DNA of 43,982 nt, taken from the UHGV virus genome UHGV-0179801; one strand, given 5' to 3'. The DNA comes from a virus. How positions within the stretch are numbered: the stretch's first letter is position 1; each line of letters opens with the position of its first letter. Below are positions 7,207-15,173 of the stretch, in pieces. A program made the position numbers and the translations under genes. The notes under the pieces were generated by a model. The model did no database searches, had not been told where the DNA came from, and worked only from the letters and a program-made list of their open reading frames with translations.

Positions 7207-8679
7207 TTACTCCTGTTGCTGCTGCGCCGACTGCGGAATCTCTCCTGCTACCTGAGTAACAGCACCCAATGGCAACGGTGCATCTTCGATAGCGTTCTGA
7301 ATATCCTCGTCGGTCCAGTCGGTCACACCTGCCTTACGCAACGCCGCATAGTAAGCGGTAGCCGGTAGCAGGCCCGCGTTAATGTCCGCCATCCACTGAG
7401 CGCGGTCCTGGGCGGTCATCGGTTGCAGGAAGAACTCCATATTCAGTTTGAACTCAATCTCTGTGCCTTCACGCAGCCCAAGCATCGCCGCTACCCAGCG
7501 CAACGCATCTGTATACGCCATGCTTACATTACGTGCGATTGTCGCCATGACGGACGTATCCGCACCACGTTGCAGGCGGGCTGATTCGGCGGTGATTTGC
7601 TGCGTCGGGGTGATAAGCTGTGCGCCAATCTGAATTGCCTGATTCTCTTTATCCAGCATGTTCTGTTTGGCGAGGTTGTTCTCTCCCGCCTGAACCAGAA
7701 ACGCATTGCCGCCGTAGCCGATGTTATGGCCTGAACGAGACCCCATGCGCACGCCGTGTGGGTTAGCTTCTTTCCACTGTTCCATGCTCATGTTCTCACC
7801 TGGCGCAATGAACAGAGTGGGCTGGCCTACAACGAAGCTGGACTCCTCATTGTCCGCGCTGTTGCGGAAATGTCCGATATTAAGCTCAGCCAACGGCAGC
7901 AAAGGTGCATCATCAATGGTTGCGTCGTTGTTGCTCGCCCCAATGAACGTGAACGGTATTTTACCGCGCAGCTGTTCTCCGAGTTCCGGGAAGATTTCGA
8001 TTACGTCACCCTGAGCACCACCTTCGGCGTCGAAGCGGTAAATGCGCTGGCGGTAGCGCCCGTCAATCAAATCGAGAACGCGGTATTGTTCGCCGAATTT
8101 TGTTTCGAACTCCGCGCCCGGTTCTGAGTATTCCCACACCTCACGCAGCACGACCGTTGTCACACGGTTAACAGAACCGATGCGTGTCAGTCGCCAGTTG
8201 ATGATGTTCTCTGCGGTATAGAATGCGATTACCGGGTTTAATAACCCCGCGTTCTGCTCTGCCGCCGTTGCCGCGGCTGTCTCTGGGGCGTCCACCAGCA
8301 ACCCGCCGCGGCCAACCGAGTCAATCTCCATCAGCGTGTCCTGCGCGTGCTGCCACAACCCGACACCAGAACCGTCGGCATTACGTAACAGGTACTCCAG
8401 TTCAGGCGGGATAATTTGCTCGGGGTCTTTACGCATCACTGACCCCACCATCCCGGCCAGAGTACGTTTGGTGAAGTTGTAGCAGATAGCGCCGTTCTCG
8501 TATTCTTCCTGGCGCTGCGCAGCGTAGGTAGGCTCCGGCTCGTTCTTCCCGACGTTGCGAAGATAGCGGATAAGGTCGCCTTCCAGCGCGTGGCGTACCT
8601 TCTGCCATTTATCGAAGTGATGCAGCCATTCCCGGTGTTTTGTTTTAACACCCTGATTCTGACCGTTCATAGTTAACAT
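7207..8679 (-). CDS. portal protein
   Basis: 490 aa, AAGAGGA SD before ATG 8679; immediately downstream of terminase large subunit; size typical. Confidence 0.8.
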   Translation of the reverse strand: MLTMNGQNQGVKTKHREWLHHFDKWQKVRHALEGDLIRYLRNVGKNEPEPTYAAQRQEEYENGAICYNFTKRTLAGMVGSVMRKDPEQIIPPELEYLLRNADGSGVGLWQHAQDTLMEIDSVGRGGLLVDAPETAAATAAEQNAGLLNPVIAFYTAENIINWRLTRIGSVNRVTTVVLREVWEYSEPGAEFETKFGEQYRVLDLIDGRYRQRIYRFDAEGGAQGDVIEIFPELGEQLRGKIPFTFIGASNNDATIDDAPLLPLAELNIGHFRNSADNEESSFVVGQPTLFIAPGENMSMEQWKEANPHGVRMGSRSGHNIGYGGNAFLVQAGENNLAKQNMLDKENQAIQIGAQLITPTQQITAESARLQRGADTSVMATIARNVSMAYTDALRWVAAMLGLREGTEIEFKLNMEFFLQPMTAQDRAQWMADINAGLLPATAYYAALRKAGVTDWTDEDIQNAIEDAPLPLGAVTQVAGEIPQSAQQQQE

Positions 8680-8691
8680 TGAATAATCCTC

Positions 8692-9963
8692 TTAAAGTGC
8701 GAAAGTCACCGGGACGTTAATAACTGGTTTGCGAATCGGCATTTCATACGCAATTGGGTATGTGGTTCCGTCATTCTGATGGTCCACGCCGCCAGATTTA
8801 TCCGGTTCGCCGTTCTTGTCGTAAGCCTGTTGCTCAAGGCATCGCGCCGTAACCGGACAAGCCTGCTCGTTAATCATGACCATACCAGATTCAAGCGCCT
8901 TATTCATCGCCGATACTCGGTCTTTAACCGGTGGGTTTGCCGATTTTGCACGCACTTCGAAACCGGCCTGCTGTAACTGGGCGATGTCTGATGTACTGGC
9001 GTTGTTGCTTTTACGGTTTTTGCCGCTGGCGTCAGGATACATAACAATATAGTGGCCTTTACTTTTCCATCGCTCTGTTATCGCCCGCACCACATCTGGC
9101 GTGTCGAACATATCAACCAACTCGGCAACAGCGTGCCAGACTTTACCACGTTGCACGTAAACTGTGCTCGCCATGTGACCTACGTTAAAATCCTGCCCAA
9201 TATACAGAGTCTCGCCAGGCTTGATTGTTTCGCGACTGCTGTTTTTCCTGCGGTCGTAAGCGTAATAGACCGTTCCGGCTGTGAGGTTTACGAACTCGCC
9301 GTTGATGTAGGCATCAATCAACTGCCCCGGGTAGGTGTCGCGCAATGACTGCACATAATCTTCTGGCAGGAACGGGTTAGACAGGGTGGATGCCTGAATC
9401 ATCTCGTAACCGGGATTCTTTTTGACCACCCAGCGGTCATGTACGAAACGGAATCCCTCCGGCGTAGTGAACACGGAAACGGTATTAGCCGGTTTAGGTG
9501 TAATAGGTTTATATGTCCGCGGCAACTGGCGGTTACGGGCGATGACTTTGTTCCACGCGTGCTCGGCGTGCTCCATGTTAAGGGTGTCCAACTCGTCGAT
9601 TTTTGCGCGAAACGATTCGTAGCCAACGATTCGTGCTGGATTATCGAGAGTACGCAGGACAAAATCCCCGAATTGTCCGGATGATGTATAGATTATGTTG
9701 TCGGACTTATTGTATTTGTACCTCACGCCCCAGTCGGTGAGTTTTTCTTCCATACGAGGCGCAAGGATGAGGCGCACCAGGTCGTATGTCGGCTCGTACA
9801 TGGCGATGATAGAATCGCTACCACCTTCCATGCTGTCGAGTAGTGCAGAGTTGCACATAACTTCGGATTTGCCAGTGCCAAATCCCGCCACGAATGCCGG
9901 AAACTTGCAGTGCATTCCGAGAAACGCGCCTTGCGGTTCTGTCGCCGTGATATTAACGTTCAC
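8692..9963 (-). CDS. terL: terminase large subunit
   Basis: 423 aa; GTG 9963 with AAGGTGG SD; Walker A-like GFGTGKS; overlaps terS stop. Confidence 0.85.
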   Translation of the reverse strand: MNVNITATEPQGAFLGMHCKFPAFVAGFGTGKSEVMCNSALLDSMEGGSDSIIAMYEPTYDLVRLILAPRMEEKLTDWGVRYKYNKSDNIIYTSSGQFGDFVLRTLDNPARIVGYESFRAKIDELDTLNMEHAEHAWNKVIARNRQLPRTYKPITPKPANTVSVFTTPEGFRFVHDRWVVKKNPGYEMIQASTLSNPFLPEDYVQSLRDTYPGQLIDAYINGEFVNLTAGTVYYAYDRRKNSSRETIKPGETLYIGQDFNVGHMASTVYVQRGKVWHAVAELVDMFDTPDVVRAITERWKSKGHYIVMYPDASGKNRKSNNASTSDIAQLQQAGFEVRAKSANPPVKDRVSAMNKALESGMVMINEQACPVTARCLEQQAYDKNGEPDKSGGVDHQNDGTTYPIAYEMPIRKPVINVPVTFAL

Positions 9964-10462
9964 CGGACACCACCTTAATTGTTACTTCACTGATTGGCTC
10001 GTCGCGTACTTCTTCGGGGGCAACAGTTTTATTCAGCCCCAGTTTCGCGGCAGCAAACGTAGCGGAGATACCGGCTGCGCCCGTCTCAGTGAAGTAGGCC
10101 TCTTCCAGCGCCTGTGCGGTTTCATAGGCTTCTGCAAATGCGGGAATCTCGCGCAGCCACAGTTTAATAATCGGGATAGTGACGCCGATGTGTAAGGCAA
10201 AGCGAGCCAGTGATGGGGGTTTATCCTGAATCAGCGGGCGCTCGTCACCCTTGGACGTAGGCACAAGTTCCCACGACGTGCGGTCGAAGAACTCGATTAA
10301 TTCGTCGCAATAGTCCGGGTCCCACAACGCGGCGGAATTACGGGATGATTGATAAAGGCTCTGTTTACCGTGCGGCCGCCTGCGGCGACGGTTTGCGCTA
10401 ACAGCTTCTTCATGTGCAGCTTGCACCACCTCTGGCGATGGCTGCTTGAGTTTCAGCTTCAT
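9953..10462 (-). CDS. terS: terminase small subunit (putative)
   Basis: ORF 9953..10501 trimmed to ATG 10462 (AAGGGGA SD); 169 aa; immediately upstream of and overlapping terL. Confidence 0.6.
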   Translation of the reverse strand: MKLKLKQPSPEVVQAAHEEAVSANRRRRRPHGKQSLYQSSRNSAALWDPDYCDELIEFFDRTSWELVPTSKGDERPLIQDKPPSLARFALHIGVTIPIIKLWLREIPAFAEAYETAQALEEAYFTETGAAGISATFAAAKLGLNKTVAPEEVRDEPISEVTIKVVSGER

Positions 10463-10527
10463 AGAATCCCCTTGCATATGCGTCTGACCATCAGAGCGCA
10501 CCAGACGCGCCCTACGCGTCTAAAGGG

Positions 10528-10557
10528 ATTATATAAGGGGATTGGGCGGGATGTACA
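10528..10557 (-). promoter_or_regulatory. candidate promoter TGTACA-N18-TATAAT upstream of terS
   Basis: Consensus TATAAT on minus strand (10533..10528); 7-bp hairpin AGACGCG/CGCGTCT (10503..10521) at predicted 5' end. Confidence 0.3.
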
Positions 10558-10585
10558 GAAAAGCACTCCGTAGAGTGCTTGTTGG

Positions 10586-10726
10586 TCAGGAGATGGCCTT
10601 AAATACGAAGGCTACTGTAACACACGCGGCAAAGAACGTAACGCAGTTCAACAACCATTGCACGACCCAATATCGGTGTGGTTTAGCTGCAATCCAGTCA
10701 CTTATTTTATCCAGAATATCTTTCAT
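10586..10726 (-). CDS. small membrane protein (46 aa)
   Basis: Hand-found: ATG 10726, MKDILDKISDWIAAKPHRYWVVQWLLNCVTFFAACVTVAFVFKAIS, TGA 10586; TATAAT 14 nt upstream of SD. Confidence 0.45.
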   Translation of the reverse strand: MKDILDKISDWIAAKPHRYWVVQWLLNCVTFFAACVTVAFVFKAIS

Positions 10727-10769
10727 CTCTCGCTCTCCAATCAATTATACAGGCCGTATCATGGTTATT

Positions 10770-11000
10770 TTACAGCTCTACAGACGCTAGACGACTGGCT
10801 GCGGCTTTAACCGTATCTTTAAGGTTATCATACGCGGAAGTAAAAGACGTATGCGCTCCTTTTGAGGCAACTGTAGCGCCGCCGTTAAAGTACGCTTTTG
10901 CTCTCCAGCTACCATTTACCTTATCAATAAGGATGTAGTGGCTACCTTCTTCCGTTACCGTAACTGTGTTTTCATCGATTACTTCAAATTTAGTATCCAT
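10770..11000 (-). CDS. hypothetical protein (76 aa)
   Basis: ORF track; ATG 11000; preceded by type-B promoter 11046..11074. Confidence 0.6.
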   Translation of the reverse strand: MDTKFEVIDENTVTVTEEGSHYILIDKVNGSWRAKAYFNGGATVASKGAHTSFTSAYDNLKDTVKAAASRLASVEL

Positions 11001-11045
11001 ATTTGCTCTCTCTCTGTTCGTTAAATTAGTGTATGAAGCGTTTTA

Positions 11046-11074
11046 ACTATACTAGCAGGCTATTCACGCGTCAA
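11046..11074 (-). promoter_or_regulatory. type-B promoter/operator (TTGACG-N17-TATAGT)
   Basis: Minus strand TTGACGCGTGAATAGCCTGCTAGTATAGT. Confidence 0.55.
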
Positions 11075-11089
11075 CAACTTCTGTCTGTA

Positions 11090-11191
11090 TCAGTTATATA
11101 GGCCGTGGCGTGGTGCTCTTTTACCGTCGCCACCGTAATGGTCGTTAGCTACGGCTATAACCCAGGCGTTTTGGATGATTAGCATTCTCAT
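11090..11191 (-). CDS. possible 33-aa peptide
   Basis: ATGA-coupled to upstream gene; MRMLIIQNAWVIAVANDHYGGDGKRAPRHGLYN; no other support. Confidence 0.3.
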   Translation of the reverse strand: MRMLIIQNAWVIAVANDHYGGDGKRAPRHGLYN

Positions 11192-11367
11192 TTCAAGAAT
11201 CTCAACAGGGCATCGGCAATACCTGATGTTACCAGTCCGAAAAACATAGGCCACCAGATATATCCGGGCAGATTGGTAAATGTTTCTGGCTTAGTACAGA
11301 AAGCCAGTAAAAACGCGAACCAAAACACTATATAACTAATGCTGCTGAGTAATTCTAAAATGCTCAT
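11188..11367 (-). CDS. small membrane protein (59 aa)
   Basis: Hand-found, ATGA-coupled to 11364..11600; MSILELLSSISYIVFWFAFLLAFC...FFGLVTSGIADALLRFLK (2 TM). Confidence 0.5.
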   Translation of the reverse strand: MSILELLSSISYIVFWFAFLLAFCTKPETFTNLPGYIWWPMFFGLVTSGIADALLRFLK

Positions 11368-11600
11368 TCCCCACCCTCCCCTTTAGCAATACGTTGCTCT
11401 GTTTTAGTGATACCGCGGCGCGTGAATAACACCGGGCTTGTCTTAACGTGCGTCATCAGACGGTTGTTATAAATTACGTGGCGCTCGCAATCAACGTCTT
11501 TGCTGTACTTTGCAATCGTCATTTCGTTGATGCCGGTTTGTCGACATGTCTCCGCCATTGTGCCGAATTCTTTGATCAGGTTCGGAATGCTGGTAATCAA
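11364..11600 (-). CDS. HTH DNA-binding protein (78 aa)
   Basis: TTG 11600 with AAGGAGAG SD, TTGA coupling; HTH-like GTMAETCRQTGINEMTIAKY. Confidence 0.55.
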   Translation of the reverse strand: MITSIPNLIKEFGTMAETCRQTGINEMTIAKYSKDVDCERHVIYNNRLMTHVKTSPVLFTRRGITKTEQRIAKGEGGE

Positions 11601-11878
11601 TTTGTCTCTCCTTTAGTGACAGTAATGTCTTTCTTATCCAGGTCTACAAAAATCGTATGTGCACCGCTTGTGTAAATGTGGCACCGCGGGATGAGGCTTT
11701 CTGTGGTCCATAAAAACTCGTGCGGACGACCGGCGCGCACTCTCCTGATTTCAAACTTGCCGTATTTAATAATAACCCCGTAGTTATGTGTCGCAGATGG
11801 GTTACAGAATTTGCTATAAACAGCTTCTTCTATCGCGGATTCAATATCAGTGAATCTCGATGCAACAGTGCGCGCCAT
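11597..11878 (-). CDS. hypothetical protein (93 aa)
   Basis: ORF track, ATG 11878. Confidence 0.6.
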   Translation of the reverse strand: MARTVASRFTDIESAIEEAVYSKFCNPSATHNYGVIIKYGKFEIRRVRAGRPHEFLWTTESLIPRCHIYTSGAHTIFVDLDKKDITVTKGETN

Positions 11879-11881
11879 TAT

Positions 11882-12145
11882 TTACAACTCCACATACCCA
11901 ATACCCCACATAACTAACATCCCAACCGCCACACCAATCAGAATCGATACAGTGGTATTAGTCCACGCCCGCTGGCTACGCAAAGTTTCTGCGTTCTCCA
12001 GAATGTCACGAACACGCGTTAAGTGTGCAATCTCCAGTTTCGCAGCGGTCAGCTCCTGAGTTGATTTTGAATACTTACCGTTAATCTTGTCCAATGCCTT
12101 CTTAAGGTCTTTGTTGTTCTTCTTGAGTTGCTCAATCTGTTCCAT
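11882..12145 (-). CDS. coiled-coil protein with C-terminal TM anchor (87 aa)
   Basis: ORF track; heptad-rich N-terminus, C-terminal VSILIGVAVGMLVMWGIGYV. Confidence 0.6.
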   Translation of the reverse strand: MEQIEQLKKNNKDLKKALDKINGKYSKSTQELTAAKLEIAHLTRVRDILENAETLRSQRAWTNTTVSILIGVAVGMLVMWGIGYVEL

Positions 12146-12160
12146 AACTACCCCACTATC

Positions 12161-12325
12161 TCATCGCCTAGCCGTTTCTCGTATATCGTCTACCACACAA
12201 GCGGCGTGCTCACGGCTAATTGCAAAAATGTAGAAGCTGAACTTCTTCCCGTCGGCGTCGATGTGGCTAACAGAGTATGGTTTCCACAGGACGCCATCGA
12301 TAACTACTGGCTCAGGCGTCCCCAT
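12161..12325 (-). CDS. hypothetical protein (54 aa)
   Basis: Hand-found: ATG 12325, MGTPEPVVIDGVLWKPYSVSHIDADGKKFSFYIFAISREHAACVVDDIRETARR, TGA 12161. Confidence 0.45.
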   Translation of the reverse strand: MGTPEPVVIDGVLWKPYSVSHIDADGKKFSFYIFAISREHAACVVDDIRETARR

Positions 12326-12548
12326 ACGCTTTACCACATTTAACGCATGTCACTCGATGTACCCCATCAAAATGTATGTAGTAGTCGTGCTCGCAAGGCT
12401 TTTCGTCCGCTTTCAACTTATCAAGCAACAACTTAAACGCCTCCAGTTGAAACTCTCCGTTAATCGACAGTTGTCCGCCTAACGTCTGTTTCTCCGACTC
12501 AAGCACCAGAATACGGCGCTCTAGTGATGCGATTGTGATTTTAGGCAT
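12312..12548 (-). CDS. coiled-coil + zinc-ribbon protein
   Basis: ORF 12312..12557 (GTG) or ATG 12548 with GGTGG SD; C-terminal CEHDYYIHFDGVHRVTCVKCG. Confidence 0.6.
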   Translation of the reverse strand: MPKITIASLERRILVLESEKQTLGGQLSINGEFQLEAFKLLLDKLKADEKPCEHDYYIHFDGVHRVTCVKCGKAYGDA

Positions 12549-12726
12549 TGGCGCCACCTTTGTTCAGGTTAAAGCGGTTAATCAGTTCACGGCGTGTCTC
12601 GTAAAGCGACTCAACCATTTGCTCGGCTACAGCGATTTTAGTATTCAGGACGTGCATAACATGGCTTATGTCTACGCCGCTGGCAACAGCCTCAACCATC
12701 ATCTTTTCGTATTCGCGGTCAGTCAT
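12541..12726 (-). CDS. hypothetical protein (61 aa)
   Basis: ORF track; ATGA coupling at 12726. Confidence 0.55.
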   Translation of the reverse strand: MTDREYEKMMVEAVASGVDISHVMHVLNTKIAVAEQMVESLYETRRELINRFNLNKGGANA

Positions 12727-12881
12727 TCTTTACGCTCTCCCCACATGCGATTGAGATACTTGTTCTTGTCCGGCCCCGGGAAACTGTTACGTTTCATCAG
12801 TTCCTCGCGTGACGGGAACGGGGTGTTACTGACCTTACGGCCTACTCGTAACGGCTGGCTCACTGGACCTTGTTCGCTCAT
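12723..12881 (-). CDS. hypothetical protein (52 aa)
   Basis: ORF 12723..12998 trimmed to ATG 12881 (AGGAGAGAAGAA SD region); MSEQGPVSQPLRVGRKV... Confidence 0.5.
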   Translation of the reverse strand: MSEQGPVSQPLRVGRKVSNTPFPSREELMKRNSFPGPDKNKYLNRMWGERKE

Positions 12882-13069
12882 TTCTTCTCTCCTGCGAGTT
12901 CCATATTGAATACAATACGAACGTTTTCCAGGGGCGTAGTACCTACTAGCTTTGCCGCGTAAGCCCCCGCATCTCCAGATTGGTGAAACTGGCCGCAATC
13001 AACATACTCATCCCCGTTGAAAAAAAGAAACAACGAAACAACCTTTACCAACTTCCGTAACTATATTTT

Positions 13070-13225
13070 TCATTTCTTCTCTCCTACATAAGCTGCTTTC
13101 AGTGTCTGCATCGCGGCGAACCAGAACGCGTCCGCGGGGATGCTGTTGCTCAGGTTACTGACGGCGATGCGTGCCATTAGTTGTGCGTCTTTGAATGCTT
13201 CGATGTCTGTGATTTTCATATTCAT
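13070..13225 (-). CDS. hypothetical protein (51 aa)
   Basis: Hand-found: ATG 13225 (TAATG overlap), MNMKITDIEAFKDAQLMARIAVSNLSNSIPADAFWFAAMQTLKAAYVGEKK. Confidence 0.45.
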   Translation of the reverse strand: MNMKITDIEAFKDAQLMARIAVSNLSNSIPADAFWFAAMQTLKAAYVGEKK

Positions 13226-13437
13226 TATCCTGCGTTGAATGAACCTAGTACGATGCCACTTTCTTTTGGTTTCTTGATTTCGGTAACTTTTACGTTATCG
13301 TTGAAGTTATTCATGGTTGTCGGGTCATCCTTAGCGCGTACCAGGCTCAATGCTTCATCCGGGTACTTAGCCCACACCACAAAAGAATCGTATTGGTCAT
13401 AGTCGCACCAGTCAGCTTCTACTAAATATAATTTCAT
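13225..13437 (-). CDS. hypothetical protein (70 aa)
   Basis: ORF 13225..13500 trimmed to ATG 13437 (GGAG SD); the longer form would include promoter 13472..13500. Confidence 0.55.
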   Translation of the reverse strand: MKLYLVEADWCDYDQYDSFVVWAKYPDEALSLVRAKDDPTTMNNFNDNVKVTEIKKPKESGIVLGSFNAG

Positions 13438-13471
13438 CTTCTCTACTCCGTTCTCGTTGTCGATGAAAGTA

Positions 13472-13500
13472 AATATAGTAGGGTCGAGGATAATAGTCAA
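13472..13500 (-). promoter_or_regulatory. promoter TTGACT-N17-TATATT
   Basis: Minus strand TTGACTATTATCCTCGACCCTACTATATT, just after the endolysin terminator; leader contains CAACGAGAACGGAG. Confidence 0.5.
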
Positions 13501-13521
13501 CTAGTCATTACAGAAAATAGA

Positions 13522-13554
13522 TAAAAAAAATCCCGGCTGGGTCAGGGCCGGGAT
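13522..13554 (-). terminator. intrinsic terminator after endolysin
   Basis: Minus strand TCCCGGC-loop-GCCGGGA followed by T8. Confidence 0.75.
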
Positions 13555-13618
13555 AAAACCGGAGAGCAGAGGAATGGAACAGGAGGTGATTTAAGTATCG
13601 TCGGATTAGTCTCAGGTG

Positions 13619-14125
13619 TCAACCTTTCACCGCGCGCCCAATAGCCTCAGCCTCTTGCCACGATTTACCGTCGAACAGCGCCAGACGTCCGGCAACACGT
13701 CGGCGTAGGCCAAGCACAGGCTCAAGTTTACCGGTTTTCGGGTTACGCTGGTTGATGAACTGACTCATCTTGTGCCGTAAGGTAGGGATGTCTCCCTGCC
13801 GTAGTGCCTTACCGGTACCGGTCGTCGCCGCGATAACACCAGTTCCGGCGTTAAACACCAGGTCGACAACGGCATCAAACTGAGCCTGGGTCAGTGAGGG
13901 ATGTGCGACTTCATCAACTGCTTTCACCGCCCACTGCATATCGCGGTTCAGTAACAGCAGCCCCTGGCCCTCGGTAATCTTCTGCCCTTCATACACATCC
14001 GGCCCGGTATGACCCCAGCCTATAGTCCAGTATTTCTCGTTCTTTGTGGCTTTGTATGCAGTTCCGCGAAACTTCTCCCACGCTTTCTTGAACTGCAACC
14101 CATTATCTGAAATGTTTCGAGACAC
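13619..14125 (-). CDS. endolysin, GH24 (T4/lambda-type lysozyme)
   Basis: ORF 13619..14176; likely GTG 14125 with GGAGGA SD 7 nt upstream; WEKFRGTAYKATKNEKYWTIGWGHTG matches E..x..TIGxGH lysozyme signature. Confidence 0.8.
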   Translation of the reverse strand: MSRNISDNGLQFKKAWEKFRGTAYKATKNEKYWTIGWGHTGPDVYEGQKITEGQGLLLLNRDMQWAVKAVDEVAHPSLTQAQFDAVVDLVFNAGTGVIAATTGTGKALRQGDIPTLRHKMSQFINQRNPKTGKLEPVLGLRRRVAGRLALFDGKSWQEAEAIGRAVKG

Positions 14126-14375
14126 GCTTATGTCCTCCGTATGACAGCCACGCCTGGCGAATTTGACGCAGCGCAACTAATGTGATTAACGTCTCGGGCA
14201 ACGTCGGCGACATGCTGCCCTGTAACAGGTGGATGCATCCGGCGGCGCAGACGATAGCGGTCAGGATATAGAGCACCCGGCCAAATATCCCGTCGTCCAC
14301 ACTCGGATGATACACATTAAACAGCGATGTGCCTCCGATTGCCAGCATACCGCCGAACCAGAATAACTCATTCAT
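14103..14375 (-). CDS. second lysis-cassette membrane protein (holin/antiholin-like, 2 TM)
   Basis: ORF 14103..14555 trimmed to ATG 14375 (GAGGAGG SD); MNELFWFGGMLAIGGTSLF...ILTAIVCAAGCIHLL; overlaps both neighbours. Confidence 0.55.
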   Translation of the reverse strand: MNELFWFGGMLAIGGTSLFNVYHPSVDDGIFGRVLYILTAIVCAAGCIHLLQGSMSPTLPETLITLVALRQIRQAWLSYGGHKRVSKHFR

Positions 14376-14676
14376 CCGGGCCTCCTCGACGTGCAATGTA
14401 TTCTCCGGCGACGATGCCAGAAAGGCGGGAATAAATAGGCATCCAGAGAACGGCAATGATAAAGCCCAGGCCCGCGATTTCACGGTCGCCCGTGATGCCG
14501 AACCATTGAGCCGCGAGAGGTGCGCCAAATACGGCGCAGGTGAAGCCGGTTGCAATAAAGCAGAATCCGTCGATAGGGCCAGAAATAACGGACTTATGTT
14601 GCCTTAGTCCGATGACCCCACCGGCGAGTGCGGCAGCGAGAAGCCAGCCTGTCACTGTTTCAGTAAATTTATCCAA
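14368..14676 (-). CDS. holin (3 predicted TM)
   Basis: 102 aa; TTG 14676 with GGAGGA SD; three hydrophobic segments, charged C-terminus; upstream of endolysin. Confidence 0.65.
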   Translation of the reverse strand: MDKFTETVTGWLLAAALAGGVIGLRQHKSVISGPIDGFCFIATGFTCAVFGAPLAAQWFGITGDREIAGLGFIIAVLWMPIYSRLSGIVAGEYIARRGGPDE

Positions 14677-14735
14677 GATGAATCCTCCAGGTGCGTATTA
14701 AGTATGCAGTAACTGGAGGATACCACGGGTAGGAA

Positions 14736-15173
14736 TTATCCTAATAGTTGTTTGGTAATAATCTTGCCACCTGTGTTAGCGTCAAACTTCGATGCAACGG
14801 CTACACCGCCATGTGCTGAATACCCACATTCCATAGCCGCGAGTGCATAAGGAGAACCGGAACCAACGGCAGCAAAGCTATCAGCAATCGGAATAACCGA
14901 ACTAAGAGCACAATCCCATGATTTACAGAACTCCACCTTACACAACGTTTCGATGTCTCTAACCCACACCAAAGCAGAGAAATCAAAATCGTAGTGTTTA
15001 GGCACTAAAATACTATCGTCCTTCACTAAAAGGATACCAACTCCAGCGTCACCCGCTACACCGATAACAACAAACTCGTTCTCGTATATCTTAGTGTCAG
15101 TGTTGTATATATGACTTCCCGATACACGCGTGTCACACGCCATTGTCTTTCCGTCAAACGCGATAGTAGTCAT
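14736..15173 (-). CDS. HslV / proteasome beta-like Ntn hydrolase
   Basis: 145 aa; MTTIAFDGK... (Thr2 nucleophile position), VIGVAGDAG, AVGSGSPYALAA cf. HslV MTTIVSV / AGFAGGTAD / AIGSGGPYAQAAA; AT-rich. Confidence 0.65.
   Translation of the reverse strand: MTTIAFDGKTMACDTRVSGSHIYNTDTKIYENEFVVIGVAGDAGVGILLVKDDSILVPKHYDFDFSALVWVRDIETLCKVEFCKSWDCALSSVIPIADSFAAVGSGSPYALAAMECGYSAHGGVAVASKFDANTGGKIITKQLLG

Noticed and set aside
9695-10195. 166-aa + strand ORF antisense to the terL/terS junction, and 168-aa ORF 5690..6196 antisense to the MuF-like gene.
   Set aside because: These are antisense-frame artefacts with low-complexity translations and no expression signals.
13008-13073. 21-codon mini-ORF (MKNIVTEVGKGCFVVSFFQRG) with the same AGGAGAGAAGAAATG start context as gene 12881, crossing a homopolymer (7 A on the + strand at 13020..13026; T-run in the mRNA). 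I wondered about slippage-dependent extension.
   Set aside because: Neither shifted frame gives a long or convincing product (each stops within about 20 codons). It may be a coupling peptide or nothing. The evidence is insufficient for a feature.
14103-14555. Long N-terminal extensions in the ORF track: 150 aa for 14103..14555, 185 aa for 13619..14176, and similarly 3950, 6613, 10501 and 12998.
   Set aside because: The upstream parts overlap the preceding genes out of frame, lack SDs and look non-protein-like. Internal starts with good SDs and translational coupling (ATGA/TAATG) fit better.
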